54,084 bases of DNA from Corallochytrium limacisporum Hawaii (taxonomy: Eukaryota; Protista; Pluriformea). Under the pieces are notes generated by a model. The model worked only from the letters and a program-made list of their open reading frames with translations, was not told the DNA's origin and searched no databases. The stretch is taken from assembly GCA_002811645.1 (NCBI GenBank), contig PDIP01000084.1:44609-98692 (forward strand). Reading direction: 5' to 3'. Below, one piece after another: positions 21,304 through 33,335 of the stretch. Numbering within the stretch: the first letter of the stretch is position 1; each line of letters opens with the position of its first letter. Made by a program: the position numbers and the translations under genes.

Positions 21304-22479
21304 ATGGATGGTTTCATGGCTGAAAGCTCACCGGATAGGACAATGACTCCGAAAGAAACACAAGCATGGTGGGTTGACCGGCCGGGGGATATCAATGCCA
21401 TTCGGCTGAAGGCCATTTCCCTAGAAGATCTCAAGGACGACCAAGTACGAGTCAAAGTCAGAGCCATTGGCTTAAATTTTGCGGATGTCTTCACGGTCCT
21501 TGGTCTTTATGAGGCCGCACCGAAGCGAGACTTTGTGCCCGGTCTGGAGGTCGCTGGTACTATAGACGCGGTTGGAAAGGACGTGACAGACTACAAAATT
21601 GGCGATCAAGTGCTCGCTGTGACGCGCTTCGGCGGGTTCATCAAGCACCTAGACATTGATCACCATTACGTACGACCACTGCCAGAGGGATATAGCTTCA
21701 GCCAGGCTGCGGCGCTTCCGTGCCAGGGGCTGACCGCATATTATGGTCTTTATAGACTCGGCAATCTGACCAAGGATAAATCTGTGCTGGTCCATTCTGT
21801 AGCCGGTGGTGTCGGTCTGCTCGCCGCGGACATGATCCGTAAGACCGGAGGTCTACTTATCGGCACCGTGGGCAACTATGGACCGGATAATGACAAAACA
21901 GACTTTCTGATCAATAAGTTCGGTTTGAAGAAGGAGCAAATCATCACCCGGGCCGACAGCGGCGTAGAATTTGGCCAGCAATTGAAGGAGGCAATGCATG
22001 CCTGCGGCATGAAACCGGCCGACCGCTTTGGCAACGGTGGCTTTGACATTGTTTTTGACTCCCTGGCTGGTAAATACTTTGACGCTGGTCGTGAACAGCT
22101 GAAACCCGGGGGTCGGCTTGTTCTATTTGGTACGGGATCCCTCATGCCTCATGGTGCCCTGAGCAAGAACCCCCTTAACTTCTCGTCAATGGCGAATTGG
22201 GTAAAGCTAGGGTTTGAGTACCTTACTGGCAAGCCTCGCCTGGATGCCCTTGATCTCGTTGGCAAGAACCAGAGCATTATGGGTTTCAATCTGATCTGGC
22301 TGTACTACCAAGACGACCTTTGGAACATTTGGAACGAGATGATGGAAATGGACTTATCGCCGCCCGTGGTTGGCAAAGAATTTGATTGGGAACAATTACC
22401 GGAAGCGATGACCTACTTCCAATCGGGCCAGTCGATCGGCAAGGTTGTTATCACGGTGAAAGATGAAGAGGAGAAATGA
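21304..22479 (+). CDS. MDR-family NAD(P)H quinone oxidoreductase, VAT-1-like
   Basis: GLNFAD..GLY, VPGLEVAG, VLVHSVAGGVG nucleotide-binding motif, and C-terminal SIGKVVI. The start may be Met at 21343; TATAAA motifs at 21246 and 21254. Confidence 0.92.
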   Translation: MDGFMAESSPDRTMTPKETQAWWVDRPGDINAIRLKAISLEDLKDDQVRVKVRAIGLNFADVFTVLGLYEAAPKRDFVPGLEVAGTIDAVGKDVTDYKIGDQVLAVTRFGGFIKHLDIDHHYVRPLPEGYSFSQAAALPCQGLTAYYGLYRLGNLTKDKSVLVHSVAGGVGLLAADMIRKTGGLLIGTVGNYGPDNDKTDFLINKFGLKKEQIITRADSGVEFGQQLKEAMHACGMKPADRFGNGGFDIVFDSLAGKYFDAGREQLKPGGRLVLFGTGSLMPHGALSKNPLNFSSMANWVKLGFEYLTGKPRLDALDLVGKNQSIMGFNLIWLYYQDDLWNIWNEMMEMDLSPPVVGKEFDWEQLPEAMTYFQSGQSIGKVVITVKDEEEK

Positions 22480-22580
22480 GCCATGGAAATCTAGAATACA
22501 AAATATTATGTCAAGCGACTGTGTTGTGTTTGAATTTCTAATGTACAATGTAATTTAGATGGGTACCATATCTGTTGAAC

Positions 22581-25151
22581 TTACAGGACCATCTTGTCCA
22601 ACAAGTGGTTGAGAATCTTCTTATAGCCCCAAGAATCGCCCGATATTCGACCACAATGCAGACCGTAAAGGTTCAGGCGCGGAATGTGACACACCTCGAT
22701 GCTGATCGTCGCGAAAGACCCATCAAAACCTGCTGTGGTTGTAAAAACACATCCGTCCCGCTCATAGGACTGGGCGTACTGTTTAAGTACGCGCTCCACT
22801 TCGCGACAAATGGCCTCTGGGGGTTTGCTGGATGTTGTGCCGACATTGAAGCGACCTGTAATGTTACGCACCCGCGTTACCTTCTGATCCGGACGTCCCG
22901 TGTCGGCTGCGGCATGACCGAGGGCCCCACCGGTGGATGCCGCCGCAGTCGTCTGCGCGACACCAACTACTTCCGGAGCGGTGGGCTTGGGTTTCGGTGT
23001 CGAAAAGATGCTTTCGTCAAGGCGCTCTGCCTGAGCTACACCAGTGAGCACAGGATTCTTGTCGCCAGGTTCACCGCTCGTAGATGCAGGTCCCACTTTC
23101 GATGCATCCGTCGGGGTTGGGAGGCCTTCTACCTCCTCATCCGATTCTCCCATGAGTTTGTGAGCATCGCCAGTAACGAAAACCTCCTCTTCATGCTCGG
23201 AACTGGAGGTGCGGCGACCGCGGGATTTGCGGCCGAAAATCTTGAGCGCACTGAAAGCCTGACCGAGGTTGAATTTTCCGATGAGGGAGTTGCGACGACT
23301 GGCCTTGGATTCCTTTTCTGCATCCAAAGATGCCGTTTCAGTTTCTACTGCACCGGCGACCTGTTGCGCTCCCGCCTCGTCGACGTCGGGAGTCAAGGTC
23401 TCTGGAGTATCAACCAGTACACCAGGTATCGGTTTGCCGTGGACATGGCGCAGAGGAGGCTCCGCCACCGGCGTCTCCCGGTCCACGTCCATAGCCTCCT
23501 TCTCCCTCTGTATCTCTTCGCTGTCCGGGGACTCCTGTTCTGGTAATGGCTCCGTGGCACCGCTGGGAATAACCACAGGGGGACCGACCGGGCCACTGAG
23601 CGCGTTTTGCCGATGTACAGAGTGCTGGAGGTCCAGGTTTGGTGCAGATGCCATCTCATCCTTGTCTGTGGTGGGTTTGGTAGCCGTGCTGCTGATGCCA
23701 GCTGCTGCTGCCACCGCCGCAACGGCAGCAGCATGGCCATTGTTCTGTTCGATCTCCTCCTCCTCCTCGGAATCTTCCTCCGGGTGGGCGACCAGCACAG
23801 GCAGGTCGCTGTGCTCTGCCCGCTCGATTCTTGGATCAACCCATGCAAGGCCATGCGTGCCAGTCTCAGTTTCTGGCAAGTGAACATGCATGGACTGCAT
23901 CTGTTGACGATCCGCCTTCTGCTTCTGCTTCCGCATACGTTGCTGCTGCAGAGCTTCAGTGTGCACCGAGTGGGGTCGTTGGGGCGGATTCCACTCCTGT
24001 TCGGTACTCGGAATGATATGGTCCTGCTTTCCGTGGCTAATTCGACGCAGTGCTGGGATCCGTGACACATCGTCCTTGTTGTCAATGATTTGTAGGTACA
24101 GTTTCCGGACTTCAGGGTCGTAACCATGAAGCTGGGCCAGACTACCCTCAATGTTACTGCGCTTGTACCCATAGCTGATGAGAATATCGATGGCCTGCTG
24201 GTCGAGCTGCTGCAGCTGGTCCGGTCGAACGTTGACGCGCAAGGGAATCTCATCATAGCCTTCGTTTACCCACGGATGGTTCATCAGTTCATCGATGGTG
24301 CATCGCTTGGAAGGATCGACTGTAAGCATTCGTCGCACCAGTGCACGGGCCTGCCGGCTCAGATGCGGGGGGACTTTGTAGACACCAGAGCTGATTTTCT
24401 GATACAGGATCTTAACATTTGAATCGTCAAAGGGCAAACAGCCACAGAGTAGAGCGTACAAAATAACTCCCAGGCTCCAGACATCTACCTCGGGGCCAAA
24501 GTACCGCCGGCCATTTACCATCTCCGGTGCAGCGTAGAAAGGGCTACCACAGAAAGTATCCAAATGGGACTGATCACGGAATGAGTTTGAGAAACCAAAG
24601 TCCACAAGCTTAATGTTCTTGTCACTATCCAGGAGCAAATTCTCTGGCTTCAAATCCCGATGCACAATCTTATTCTTATGACAGTAGTCAACAGCGGACA
24701 GAATCTGTCTAAAGAACTTGCGTGCTTCACTCTCCTTCACAAAACAGTGGGCGACGATATAATCGAAGACTTCACCACCACTACAGTATTCTAGGATCAG
24801 TACAATGTGCTGATCATCCTCCAATACTTCAATAAGGTTCACAATATTGGGATGATGGCGCAGCACCTTGAGCGCATAAATTTCCCGTTTGATCCTATTG
24901 AACTGTCTCTGTGTACGTAAACTACTCTTTTGGATGCACTTGATAGCAATCTGCTCTCCCGTTCTGAGATTTGTTCCCAGGCGTACTTTGCCATATGTTC
25001 CTTCACCTAGTGCTTTTCCCACAGCATATTTTCCAGCAATGATTGAGTCTTTCTCATTGTTAAGCTGGGCACCGATCCCCGCAGGTGCCGGTATTTCTCG
25101 AGCTGCTGTGTCCATGTCCCGTTGCGGACTTGTCGACGTAATTTCTGCCAT
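22581..25151 (-). CDS. MARK/PAR-1/Kin1-family Ser/Thr kinase (kinase + UBA + KA1)
   Basis: LGEGTYGKV, HRDLKPENLLLD, DFGFSN, TFCGSPFYAAPE; UBA-like LDQQAIDILISYGY; KA1 tail FNVGTTSSKPP..RISGDSWGYKKILNHLLDKMVL. First in-frame ATG is at 25151 (the ORF track start is TTG). Confidence 0.96.
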   Translation of the reverse strand: MAEITSTSPQRDMDTAAREIPAPAGIGAQLNNEKDSIIAGKYAVGKALGEGTYGKVRLGTNLRTGEQIAIKCIQKSSLRTQRQFNRIKREIYALKVLRHHPNIVNLIEVLEDDQHIVLILEYCSGGEVFDYIVAHCFVKESEARKFFRQILSAVDYCHKNKIVHRDLKPENLLLDSDKNIKLVDFGFSNSFRDQSHLDTFCGSPFYAAPEMVNGRRYFGPEVDVWSLGVILYALLCGCLPFDDSNVKILYQKISSGVYKVPPHLSRQARALVRRMLTVDPSKRCTIDELMNHPWVNEGYDEIPLRVNVRPDQLQQLDQQAIDILISYGYKRSNIEGSLAQLHGYDPEVRKLYLQIIDNKDDVSRIPALRRISHGKQDHIIPSTEQEWNPPQRPHSVHTEALQQQRMRKQKQKADRQQMQSMHVHLPETETGTHGLAWVDPRIERAEHSDLPVLVAHPEEDSEEEEEIEQNNGHAAAVAAVAAAAGISSTATKPTTDKDEMASAPNLDLQHSVHRQNALSGPVGPPVVIPSGATEPLPEQESPDSEEIQREKEAMDVDRETPVAEPPLRHVHGKPIPGVLVDTPETLTPDVDEAGAQQVAGAVETETASLDAEKESKASRRNSLIGKFNLGQAFSALKIFGRKSRGRRTSSSEHEEEVFVTGDAHKLMGESDEEVEGLPTPTDASKVGPASTSGEPGDKNPVLTGVAQAERLDESIFSTPKPKPTAPEVVGVAQTTAAASTGGALGHAAADTGRPDQKVTRVRNITGRFNVGTTSSKPPEAICREVERVLKQYAQSYERDGCVFTTTAGFDGSFATISIEVCHIPRLNLYGLHCGRISGDSWGYKKILNHLLDKMVL

Positions 25152-25709
25152 TTTTGGTCTGCTCAAATGTAATATACAATCCACGCGGAAACAATACGAG
25201 GAATGAAGCAGAACGTAAGATCTAATCCCAAAGTTCTGCCATTCCCTGTACAAATTTCACTCTCTTTTCGCTCTCTAGCTTATTTGAGTCTCGTCATCTT
25301 TCGTGCTCAACTCGTTAGCCCAGCTATATTTTTAGTCTTGGTAGCTCTGTAAACCCCGATCGCTCTACTTAGGGGTTTCCCGTCGCTGTTTTTAGTTGTT
25401 TTCGTAGGTTACTAACAAAGTAAAGTGATCCACAGCGCATATGATCAGTACACGTCATGTCCAAAGGACCTGTAAGCCCAAGCACCCACTGAAAATATGA
25501 TTACAGTCTTCACAGTACCACTGCCTAAGTAAAAGAGCCAACATGGGTCCAACGGCAACTTTTCTTCATTTTTTTTGTCCCAGCACTACCAATTTCTTTA
25601 TAACGGACGATGATTAAGAAAGGGGGGAAAAAGAAATTATCCCAAAACTGCTCGCAACAAAAGTGAGACTTGGTTGTGGTGCGCGTTTCTCGCCTGGGTC
25701 CAAATTCTA

Positions 25710-25860
25710 TCTCTTTCTCTCTCTCTCTCCCTCTCCCCTTCCCTTCTCACTCTCTCACCCCCTCCATCACTCTCTCGCTCTCTCCGTGTATGTCTCTTTC
25801 TGTCCAGCACTGGTCCGTACACACGCCCTCTCGCTCGCTCGCTCGCTGTCCTCTCTCTTC
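25710..25860 (+). repeat. (CT)n / (CTCG)n pyrimidine-rich low-complexity tract
   Basis: CTCTCTCTCTCTCT..., CTCGCTCGCTCGCTCGCT. Confidence 0.85.
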
Positions 25861-28800
25861 TGTGTCCTTTGTCGGTCACTGCTTCCCCGTGCCTGCCAGG
25901 GGCGGTTCGGTCCTTCTTCAGTAGTGACTCCATCACTCTTTTTTTGTGCATCGTGCCCCTCTCTCCCCCACAGTTTTTCCCTTTTTTTTTCTTTACTTCC
26001 TTTCGCTCGGGCCGAGAAAAAGTTTTCGGTGACAATGCTTGTCTCTCACAAATTTCAACACCCCCCACTGGCACAGCAGCGGTTTTGGAGGTTTATAACT
26101 GGCCCAATCCGAAGAAGAGTAGCTGAGCCAAAAAAAAAGTCCGTGAGGGCCCAAAAAGCCAAATGGCCAAAACTAGTCTAGAGGGCCAGAAATGGGAAAA
26201 AGGGGGTGAAAGACAATTTATGAACAAGCAGGAACCCCTCCCCCCCCTTTTTCCCCTTCTCTCTGTGGGGGGTCCATAGAAAATATACGGACCAACTTGG
26301 CCGACACAGGTCGACAAGGAGACTGAGACCCAGGAACTTGTGGCAGTGCAGGAGTCCAGTACATCCCGGGTGGCACTGAGTAGAGAGAGGGAGAGAGTGA
26401 CACAGACAGACACTCTCGCACCAGGGCGAAAAGGGGAAAAGCCCTGGCGGAATTTCCAGGCGGAACACACACAAAAAAAAAAGAGCAAAAGAAAAATAGA
26501 GGGAACCCAAAAAAATTGATGAGCAGCAGCTAAAAATTGTATTTCGAGCGGGGCGGGGCGGGAAACGGATCAAGTGATGAGTAATGTCGAAGATCCATGA
26601 AAAGCTTCCGGAAACTGTGGTGTGAGGCGTAAGAGGCGCGCATGCGAGCCCAGTCGAAACAATGGGCGAAGGACTCCATCTCCCCAACCCCCTGGCCCCC
26701 CTCCCCCCGGGGGCCGGCCCGCTGGGGAACCGGGCGGGCTGGTAGATCAAGGTGTTCCAGGGAGTCTGATGCACCGAGAGGTCACGCCATCCCTATCCTG
26801 GTCAATTTCAATACTGAGCTCATATGGAAATTGGGAAGCAAGATACTATAGTTCGGAAAGAGCCGGGCCTTGAGTGCCCTGGGAAGAAGGGCGGGGAGTC
26901 GACGTTTGTGGTTTTCCGAATGGACTTACATGGTCTTTCGCTGATCTCTTCTGTGTTATCTACTCGTCTCCTTCGTGTGGATTTGCTCATGGCCATATTG
27001 AATATATGTCTACTAATTCCTACTCCGCTGTATTAACCCATTTCTTTTTGTTTACTCGAGTTGAATAGAGTAGGAAGAAAAGAACGCAATGGAAAATTCT
27101 TTTCGGGACCCATACCTCAATGGATTCAACACCGTTCCATCAACGGTATGGGGTCCGGGGGGTAGGGAGGGGGGGGGGAGGATCTGGCTGCCGATATTTC
27201 AGCCCCCGCGGGGGGCGATGCCCCGTGCACGGACGTGGCTGTTACTTTTTCTATTGCCTTCTTGCCGGGTAATTCTACATTTTTTTGCCCTCGTTTTCTC
27301 TTCCTCGCCGGGAAAGAAGGGTTTTTCCGTTTCGTTCCTTTGTTGGTTTTCTCTACCTTTGTTTTTGACAACGCTAGGACCAGGCGAGTTACAATTTATC
27401 GCTGTTGAAGTAGTCTGTCTTCCAGGCAACAGCGGAATTAGAAATGAATATAAAAACAATGAGTTTCTACACCCATACCCAGACAGAGACGCCAAAAAAA
27501 AACCATCGGGGGGGCCATCGCACGAAATCCTTCCGTCTCCTACTGAGCCGGCCCCGCGGCCCTTCCCCCCTCCCCGGCTCTCCTCCTCTCTCTTTCCCTG
27601 CCGGTCGGGGGAACACCTCGAAAGAAAGAACGAAAAAGAGAGAAGGTAGGGTCCCGGCCATTTTGTCACCCGCCCCTCAGTCCCGGGGACTTCTCCTCTC
27701 TCCCTTCACCCGTCCTCCCACCGCCGACCGCCAACACGGACAGTGTGAAGCGAGAGACCTGGTAAGCCGTAGAAGAAACGGCGGGGGAGTGAGAGAGTGC
27801 TTTGGGAGAGGGGGAGCTTGACTCACTCTTCAACCAAAAAAAAAAAGTCGGCTACGAATCAAAGCACAACGGGGCTCTCGCAGGCCCCCTTACTTTCTGG
27901 AATCTCTGGCCTGCTTTTAATTGGGGATTTTGCTGCTTTCCGTTTTCTGAGATCTCGTCTACGGGCCAACCGTGAAATATGTCATGTTTTTTTAGGTCTG
28001 CATTTGAACGCGATGACCAGATAATGCCCGCTTGCGCTTGACGCCCGGTTCTCCCACTTCGAATGTCCCGCAAGCGATGATGTTCGCGAGAACTCCTGTC
28101 TTCGAAAAAGCCTTGTTATGTAGCGATTGAGGAGGACGGAAAGAGTGGGCGTATAGGTAAGAAATGACCGCATGGATGCCAACAAAAAAAAAAGGGGGGG
28201 AACCCCGGGTTGTCATGTTCTGCCTCGCCCTCCCTCCCCCCTCCCAATCGTCGGGGACTTGGGGGTGTCCGTAGAAAGAACCCTTGCTTCTCGCTTCAAT
28301 GTATCTCTCTCTCTGTAAGCGCAAGAGGAAAAAATAGCAAACCCCCAAATCAACAACCGGCCCTTTGGTCTCGCTTTCTCACCTCCCAGACTTTTTCACT
28401 AATTTAATTTGTGCGAATGAGTATTCCGTAGTCCCGTCCATTTCCCTAATATGGCCCTCCGCCCTTTTGAAAGGGGGGACCAACGAGAAAATTCGAGTGG
28501 AGAAGTGAGCGAAAGAACGCACACCCTTCCATCGCTCTTTTGTTTTTGTTTTCTTTGTTTCCTCGTGACACAGAATTTATGAGAATGATAGTGAACCACC
28601 GGAGAAACCAAGCTAGGGAGTGCGGAACGGCCGGTGTGCGGAGAACCCGAGTGGCCAGTTGAGGAAAGGCCACGGAGATTCTGTGAGAGATCGTCCCGGT
28701 GTGGCATTCGATCGGCCGTACGTGGTACTGAATGTTTGGATGTGGGAACTTAATTTGTCCAAAATTCCCGGGTAGAGTGGGACAGTGGTGACCCATCCAT

Positions 28801-28989
28801 CGTCACCAGCGTCAGAGGGTACTCCACCTCAAGCGGTCCCCAACCGAGAAAAAAAGTCATGGTTTTTAGGAAGGCATGACCTCTTTTTAACGATCTGACT
28901 CTCCCCTCGGTCCCTCGGTCACTCAATTCATCGCGACACCATCTGGAAACTCCCGAATCATGCCGGCCCTGATCCAGCAGCAAAAGGCC

Positions 28990-28991
<2 letters not shown>

Positions 28992-29050
<59 letters not shown>
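28992..29050 (+). repeat. (GT)~29 microsatellite
   Basis: Perfect GT dinucleotide run. Confidence 0.98.
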
Positions 29051-29053
<3 letters not shown>

Positions 29054-31959
29054 TGAGTTTTTCCGCCGCAGGTGGGGAGTCTCCGGAAATTAGCAGTCTC
29101 TCGCCATCGGTCTTTTCACAGGAAAAGGCCTGTGCACTTCATAGAAAAGCCACTCAGCTCTGGACTAAATGCGTACGCATTGCGCTCTGAACTTCAGCAG
29201 CAGCACCTTTTTTGGGTCTTGGGTACAATCACAGTAGAAATACGGCCAAATAAAAATTTGCTGTTTGCCGGTGGTGAGCTGGTGGTCCTGCTGTAGTCGT
29301 CGAGATGCTCCAGAATCTTGCATACGCAGCAACATCCAAGAGGAAAACATCATTTCCAATCCTGCTAGAGGATGCCCATGGCTAATGTACAGCAGCACCA
29401 AGGATCGCTTACTCTCGCTAACACCAAAACTGGCGAGAAAAAACAAGCAGGTGCGCCGCATCGATAGCTTCATGATCCTTACCGACTGACCCCGTGTCCG
29501 GTCTACACTCCATTGCTTTTGTGTGCTCCTGTCTTAGTGTTTTAACTGCCCCTATCATTCCGGTTTATCCTCAACGCTCGTATTCTATTTCGGGACAAAA
29601 ATGTTCCAATATCCGGTACTCATTTTTCTCCAACTCTCTCGGGCCTTACCAATTTTTCTACCGATCCGGCTAATCCATCTTTGGCCGCAGCATGAAGTGT
29701 ACCACCGGGATCCGCAGTCAGATAATGGACCAAAATGGAGTTTCCCCGCGGGACCGCTAATGATCAGCAAGAAAGATGGAAAAAGAAAAACAGCGGTACA
29801 AGCAACCAAAAGGAATAGGGGGATGGCGCGGAAGCCTGCCTCTCGCTTCCTTTTGCTTGGCCGCGGGTTGCCGACACTGCACCAATTGGGCCGATGAGTT
29901 GTTTCAAAGGTTCTTCCTTTAGAGTCCCTTCCGGTGCTTCACGGACAGTTTGCCAACATCAAATGCACTACTGCATCATGGTAAACCTCTGACAGGGGGT
30001 GAGGGGGTGTCCACCTGTTTTCCCTGTTGACTTTGTCTGTCTCAACTACGTGAACTCATGACGTACTAAATATACTGAACCTCTTGATCAGGGTAAAAGG
30101 AACGGCAATCGGCCCGGGAAGACGGGGGAGGGTGATGTTCCCGAGGAAGCGTCACGACTCAGCCTTATATGGTCTTTCCACGAAAAAGCATATGTATTGA
30201 AGGTGCAGAGAAATACCCATTGTCTGCCGTTTTTTTTTTTCATTTAGATTTTTTTGGGAGAGAGGGGAGGGGGGCAGGGGAGTTTCTTACTTGCAAGCTG
30301 CTTTCAGTGGTTCCAGCATTCCCCCTTCCAGTTGTTGCGTTGGGCAGAGGAAAAACTAGGTTCTCTGGTGGTAACATTTTCAGTACCAGTACCGTGGTAC
30401 TGCGGCAGCGGTGGATGAAAGAAAGGGGGAGGACGCGCCGCCCCCCCCCCCAGATATGGACGAGCGGGGAGAGCGCAACAGGTGCCGGCGAAGAGCGATG
30501 AAGTTTGAATCGCCGAACCCTTGCCGCTACGGGCTCGAAGAGTGGTACACCTTTGCTGGTGCCCCTGCTTGCATACCAAATGTTCTGGGATTCCATCTAA
30601 AGTTCTTGCTTAGTCTTCACATTTTCTCTTCTTAAACATTCTCCGAGCGGCGCGGCGCGTTCGGACCCTGCGTGTGCTGGGCGCGGTCCTCTGTCCCCCC
30701 TTGACTGCAGCGAAGCATCAAGGAGTGACAATTACAAAGTGGAATCTGCCACAGAATGCCGGGTGTATGTATACATCGTCATGCCAAAGCGCTCTATACA
30801 TCCCTTCGAGTCTGTTTCCATTGAGCAGGAGATAGCCTGAGCTTTAGCGGAACCTAGCAGGATCGGTGCCCCACTACACAGCATTCTTTAACTGCGACAT
30901 GCAAACACCGGTAGTTTCACCAGAGTGAGAGAGACAAGAATGTATGCTAATGAACAGTGATTTTCTTCACAGTAGTCCTCCATGTGGATGTCTGTTAGCG
31001 AGCTCTTACCTCGTGCGGACTTCGAACCGATGCTGCGGTTGCTTTGGGACATCGTTTTTCGCAAACATTGACACATGAATGAGATGTATGAAAAGATGAC
31101 CAGACTACGGCATATTCAGTGCAATACGCTCCGCGTGCGCGCTCCAGCGTGTGCATGGTTATGGAAGTACTCCGTGTCGGTCGGACTGGGTCGATGTTCT
31201 GCGGTTGTAGGTGTCTTCCGAGGAGCTCAATTAATACGGACACCAACAGAGCTCGTAGTTGCTATACTACTTCACTGCAAACGAATTGCTGCGGTACCCG
31301 TGTGCGGGGCATGGATACGATGGATGTGTTCCATGGTGTCAATGTTCTGTCGCACTGTCAATTACAGGGCAGCTTTGACGACGACAAGGAAGACAGCTTC
31401 TTGTCCATTTGTCACACTATCGCGTCGCGGATGGCCGGTCAAAGGTACCGGCCCCATCACATACCAACACCAAAAACAAATAATTGAGAGGTGCGAACGA
31501 TGGCGATAATAGCAAACTGTGCCGGGGACGGTTACCGGCCAATGTCCCAAAAAGGGACCGTAGCGTAGGCGGGTTGCAATATACACCCGAACATACAGTA
31601 GAAGAGGAAGAAGGCAGCAGAATGCGACACCCAGCACACGCAGCACCAGCAAGCAGCGATTACCAGAACGGGAGGGGGGGAAGCCAACGAATGACCAAAT
31701 TGGATTGCCCCCAATTGCGTTCGGACGCGGGGGTGTTGTTGTGTTTTGTGATCCAATTCTTCGTGGAATCGTAGAGATCATACGAAGAACTCCAGAGTGA
31801 GCATATCATGGCGTATAGTACTGTGTTCCAGTGGTGTGCCTGGTGCACTGATCTTTGGGTTTCGGATAAACGATGGTTGATGACGGTTGTGCGCTTGAGT
31901 TTGACAGAAGATTCCATGCTACGCCTCCCAAGTGCCCATTTTTGGAATCATGAAGAAGG

Positions 31960-32190
31960 AATCGCGTATAGACGCTGAGAAGGTTGCCTACTAAGCTGAT
32001 ACACCAACACAGTACCCTCTCGAGCATGTACGGCTCGTGGGCCAGGTATGGCGAGTTTGGTGGCGATATCCCTCCATTCACCCATTCTGGATGAGGCTTC
32101 TCGTCCGAACCATAGGACTCTAGGGAGCCGTTTTCGTCCATAACCCACGTATCGAGCGTATCACACTGCATAGATGCCTAGCGAATACAC
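31960..32190 (-). pseudogene. Possible decayed NDP-sugar pyrophosphorylase (NTP transferase) fragment
   Basis: With one 1-nt indel it reads ARY(G)VMDENGSLESYGSDEKPHPEWVNGGI..EPYMLERVL, resembling the RYGVV-D..F-EKP..WINGG..LER segment of the family. Stops upstream. Confidence 0.3.
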
Positions 32191-33335
32191 AAGTCGGATT
32201 GGCCGTGTATGGACCGATCGATGGCTACGGATGCTCGGATTGGGTGATAATGGATGTCGTTCAAATAGATACGGAACAAGATGTAAGTGTATGAATCAGG
32301 CACTTTTAGTCGCAGTTACGCCTCTGCTGCGGCACAGTACCGCCTGATGGCCACACAATACAACAGAATCGACATCTCAGACCTTATGTCACCATCACAA
32401 GAGAACTTAGGAAAGCACGAAGCTAGACGCAACATTCCCAGCTATGTGAGGGTGGGTTGTTTCATAACCCAAAGAGGACAAACAAGACCTGCGGGCTCAT
32501 GCGACAACACGCACCAAATTTATCATGATGAGTGCCTCCGTGATTCCCGAGTTCTCCAGGAGGAAACCTGTGGCTGCGTCCATCGTCTTCATCAGCAGAC
32601 AACAGCCATGCGTGTGTCCCGCAGTTATCCGTGGGGGGCGCATATCCTATTCTGATCTTCTGACAAAATACCCGACTCTCCACTGGCATTCTCTCGTATA
32701 TCTTCAGCCATCACAGCCCCAGAACATGGCACAACGGTAGCAAAGCATCCAACATCCAATTAGAGTGCAGAAGAAGAGGTTACCATATCAGACATCACAA
32801 GTGCTCAACAAAAGTCAACACATTTGCAACCTGCCGAGAATGTTACATATGATGTAAATGCGGCTTACCGTATGATGGCCTGGTGTTTGAGCACACCACC
32901 GATTAGGTCGGTTCGTGTTGCTTGCGGGTGGGTGGCCATCAAACCGGGTTCGAACCCGCTTGGGACCAAGCGGAATTCCGATTCATAACTTGGGGGCCTA
33001 TTTGATTTACCCAGATGGAAATATTTTTTGAATACGGTCGCAGAGGCTGACGGAGGCGCAGGTGGGTCGCTCGTGGTGGGGGGGACCGGAGTGAGTTCAC
33101 TGCCAGCGGGGGTGGGGGGACTCCGTCAGGAGCCGATTGCGGGCCTGAGAGCGTTGTTTTATGCCCATCGCATTGCTGCAGATGCTGCTATTTTGGATCC
33201 ATGTGACGGTTCAAGGGACGCAGCGAGCAAATAGTTTCTTCCTGTGACTGCTATTCCTGGATGTGAAAATACATTGACATAGTACCAAAGCATGGATGCA
33301 TAAAGAAATGTTAGGGACAAGCTCTGTGCACCACA

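Noticed and set aside
22575-24256. Long overlapping ORFs (323, 204 and 287 aa) over the kinase gene; similar shadows over REV1, RRM1 and the EVI5-like gene
   Set aside because: Antisense or alternate-frame shadows of GC-rich real genes with no domain signatures.
25637-28348. Many 100-200 aa ORFs in the homopolymer-rich region (also 277-1530, 47177-47722, 49611-50295)
   Set aside because: Translations are low-complexity products of microsatellites and homopolymers.
30070-30110. TGAACCTCTTGATCAGGGTAA resembling the 3' half of a TPP riboswitch
   Set aside because: Lacks the upstream CTGAGA and downstream GCGxAGGGA elements, and there is no adjacent thiamine gene.
32906-32968. tRNA-like GGGTTCGAACCC (B-box/T-loop) ending in ...GGGACCA
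   Set aside because: Only about 63 nt; no canonical 5-bp T stem with 7-nt loop; acceptor, D and anticodon arms do not pair.
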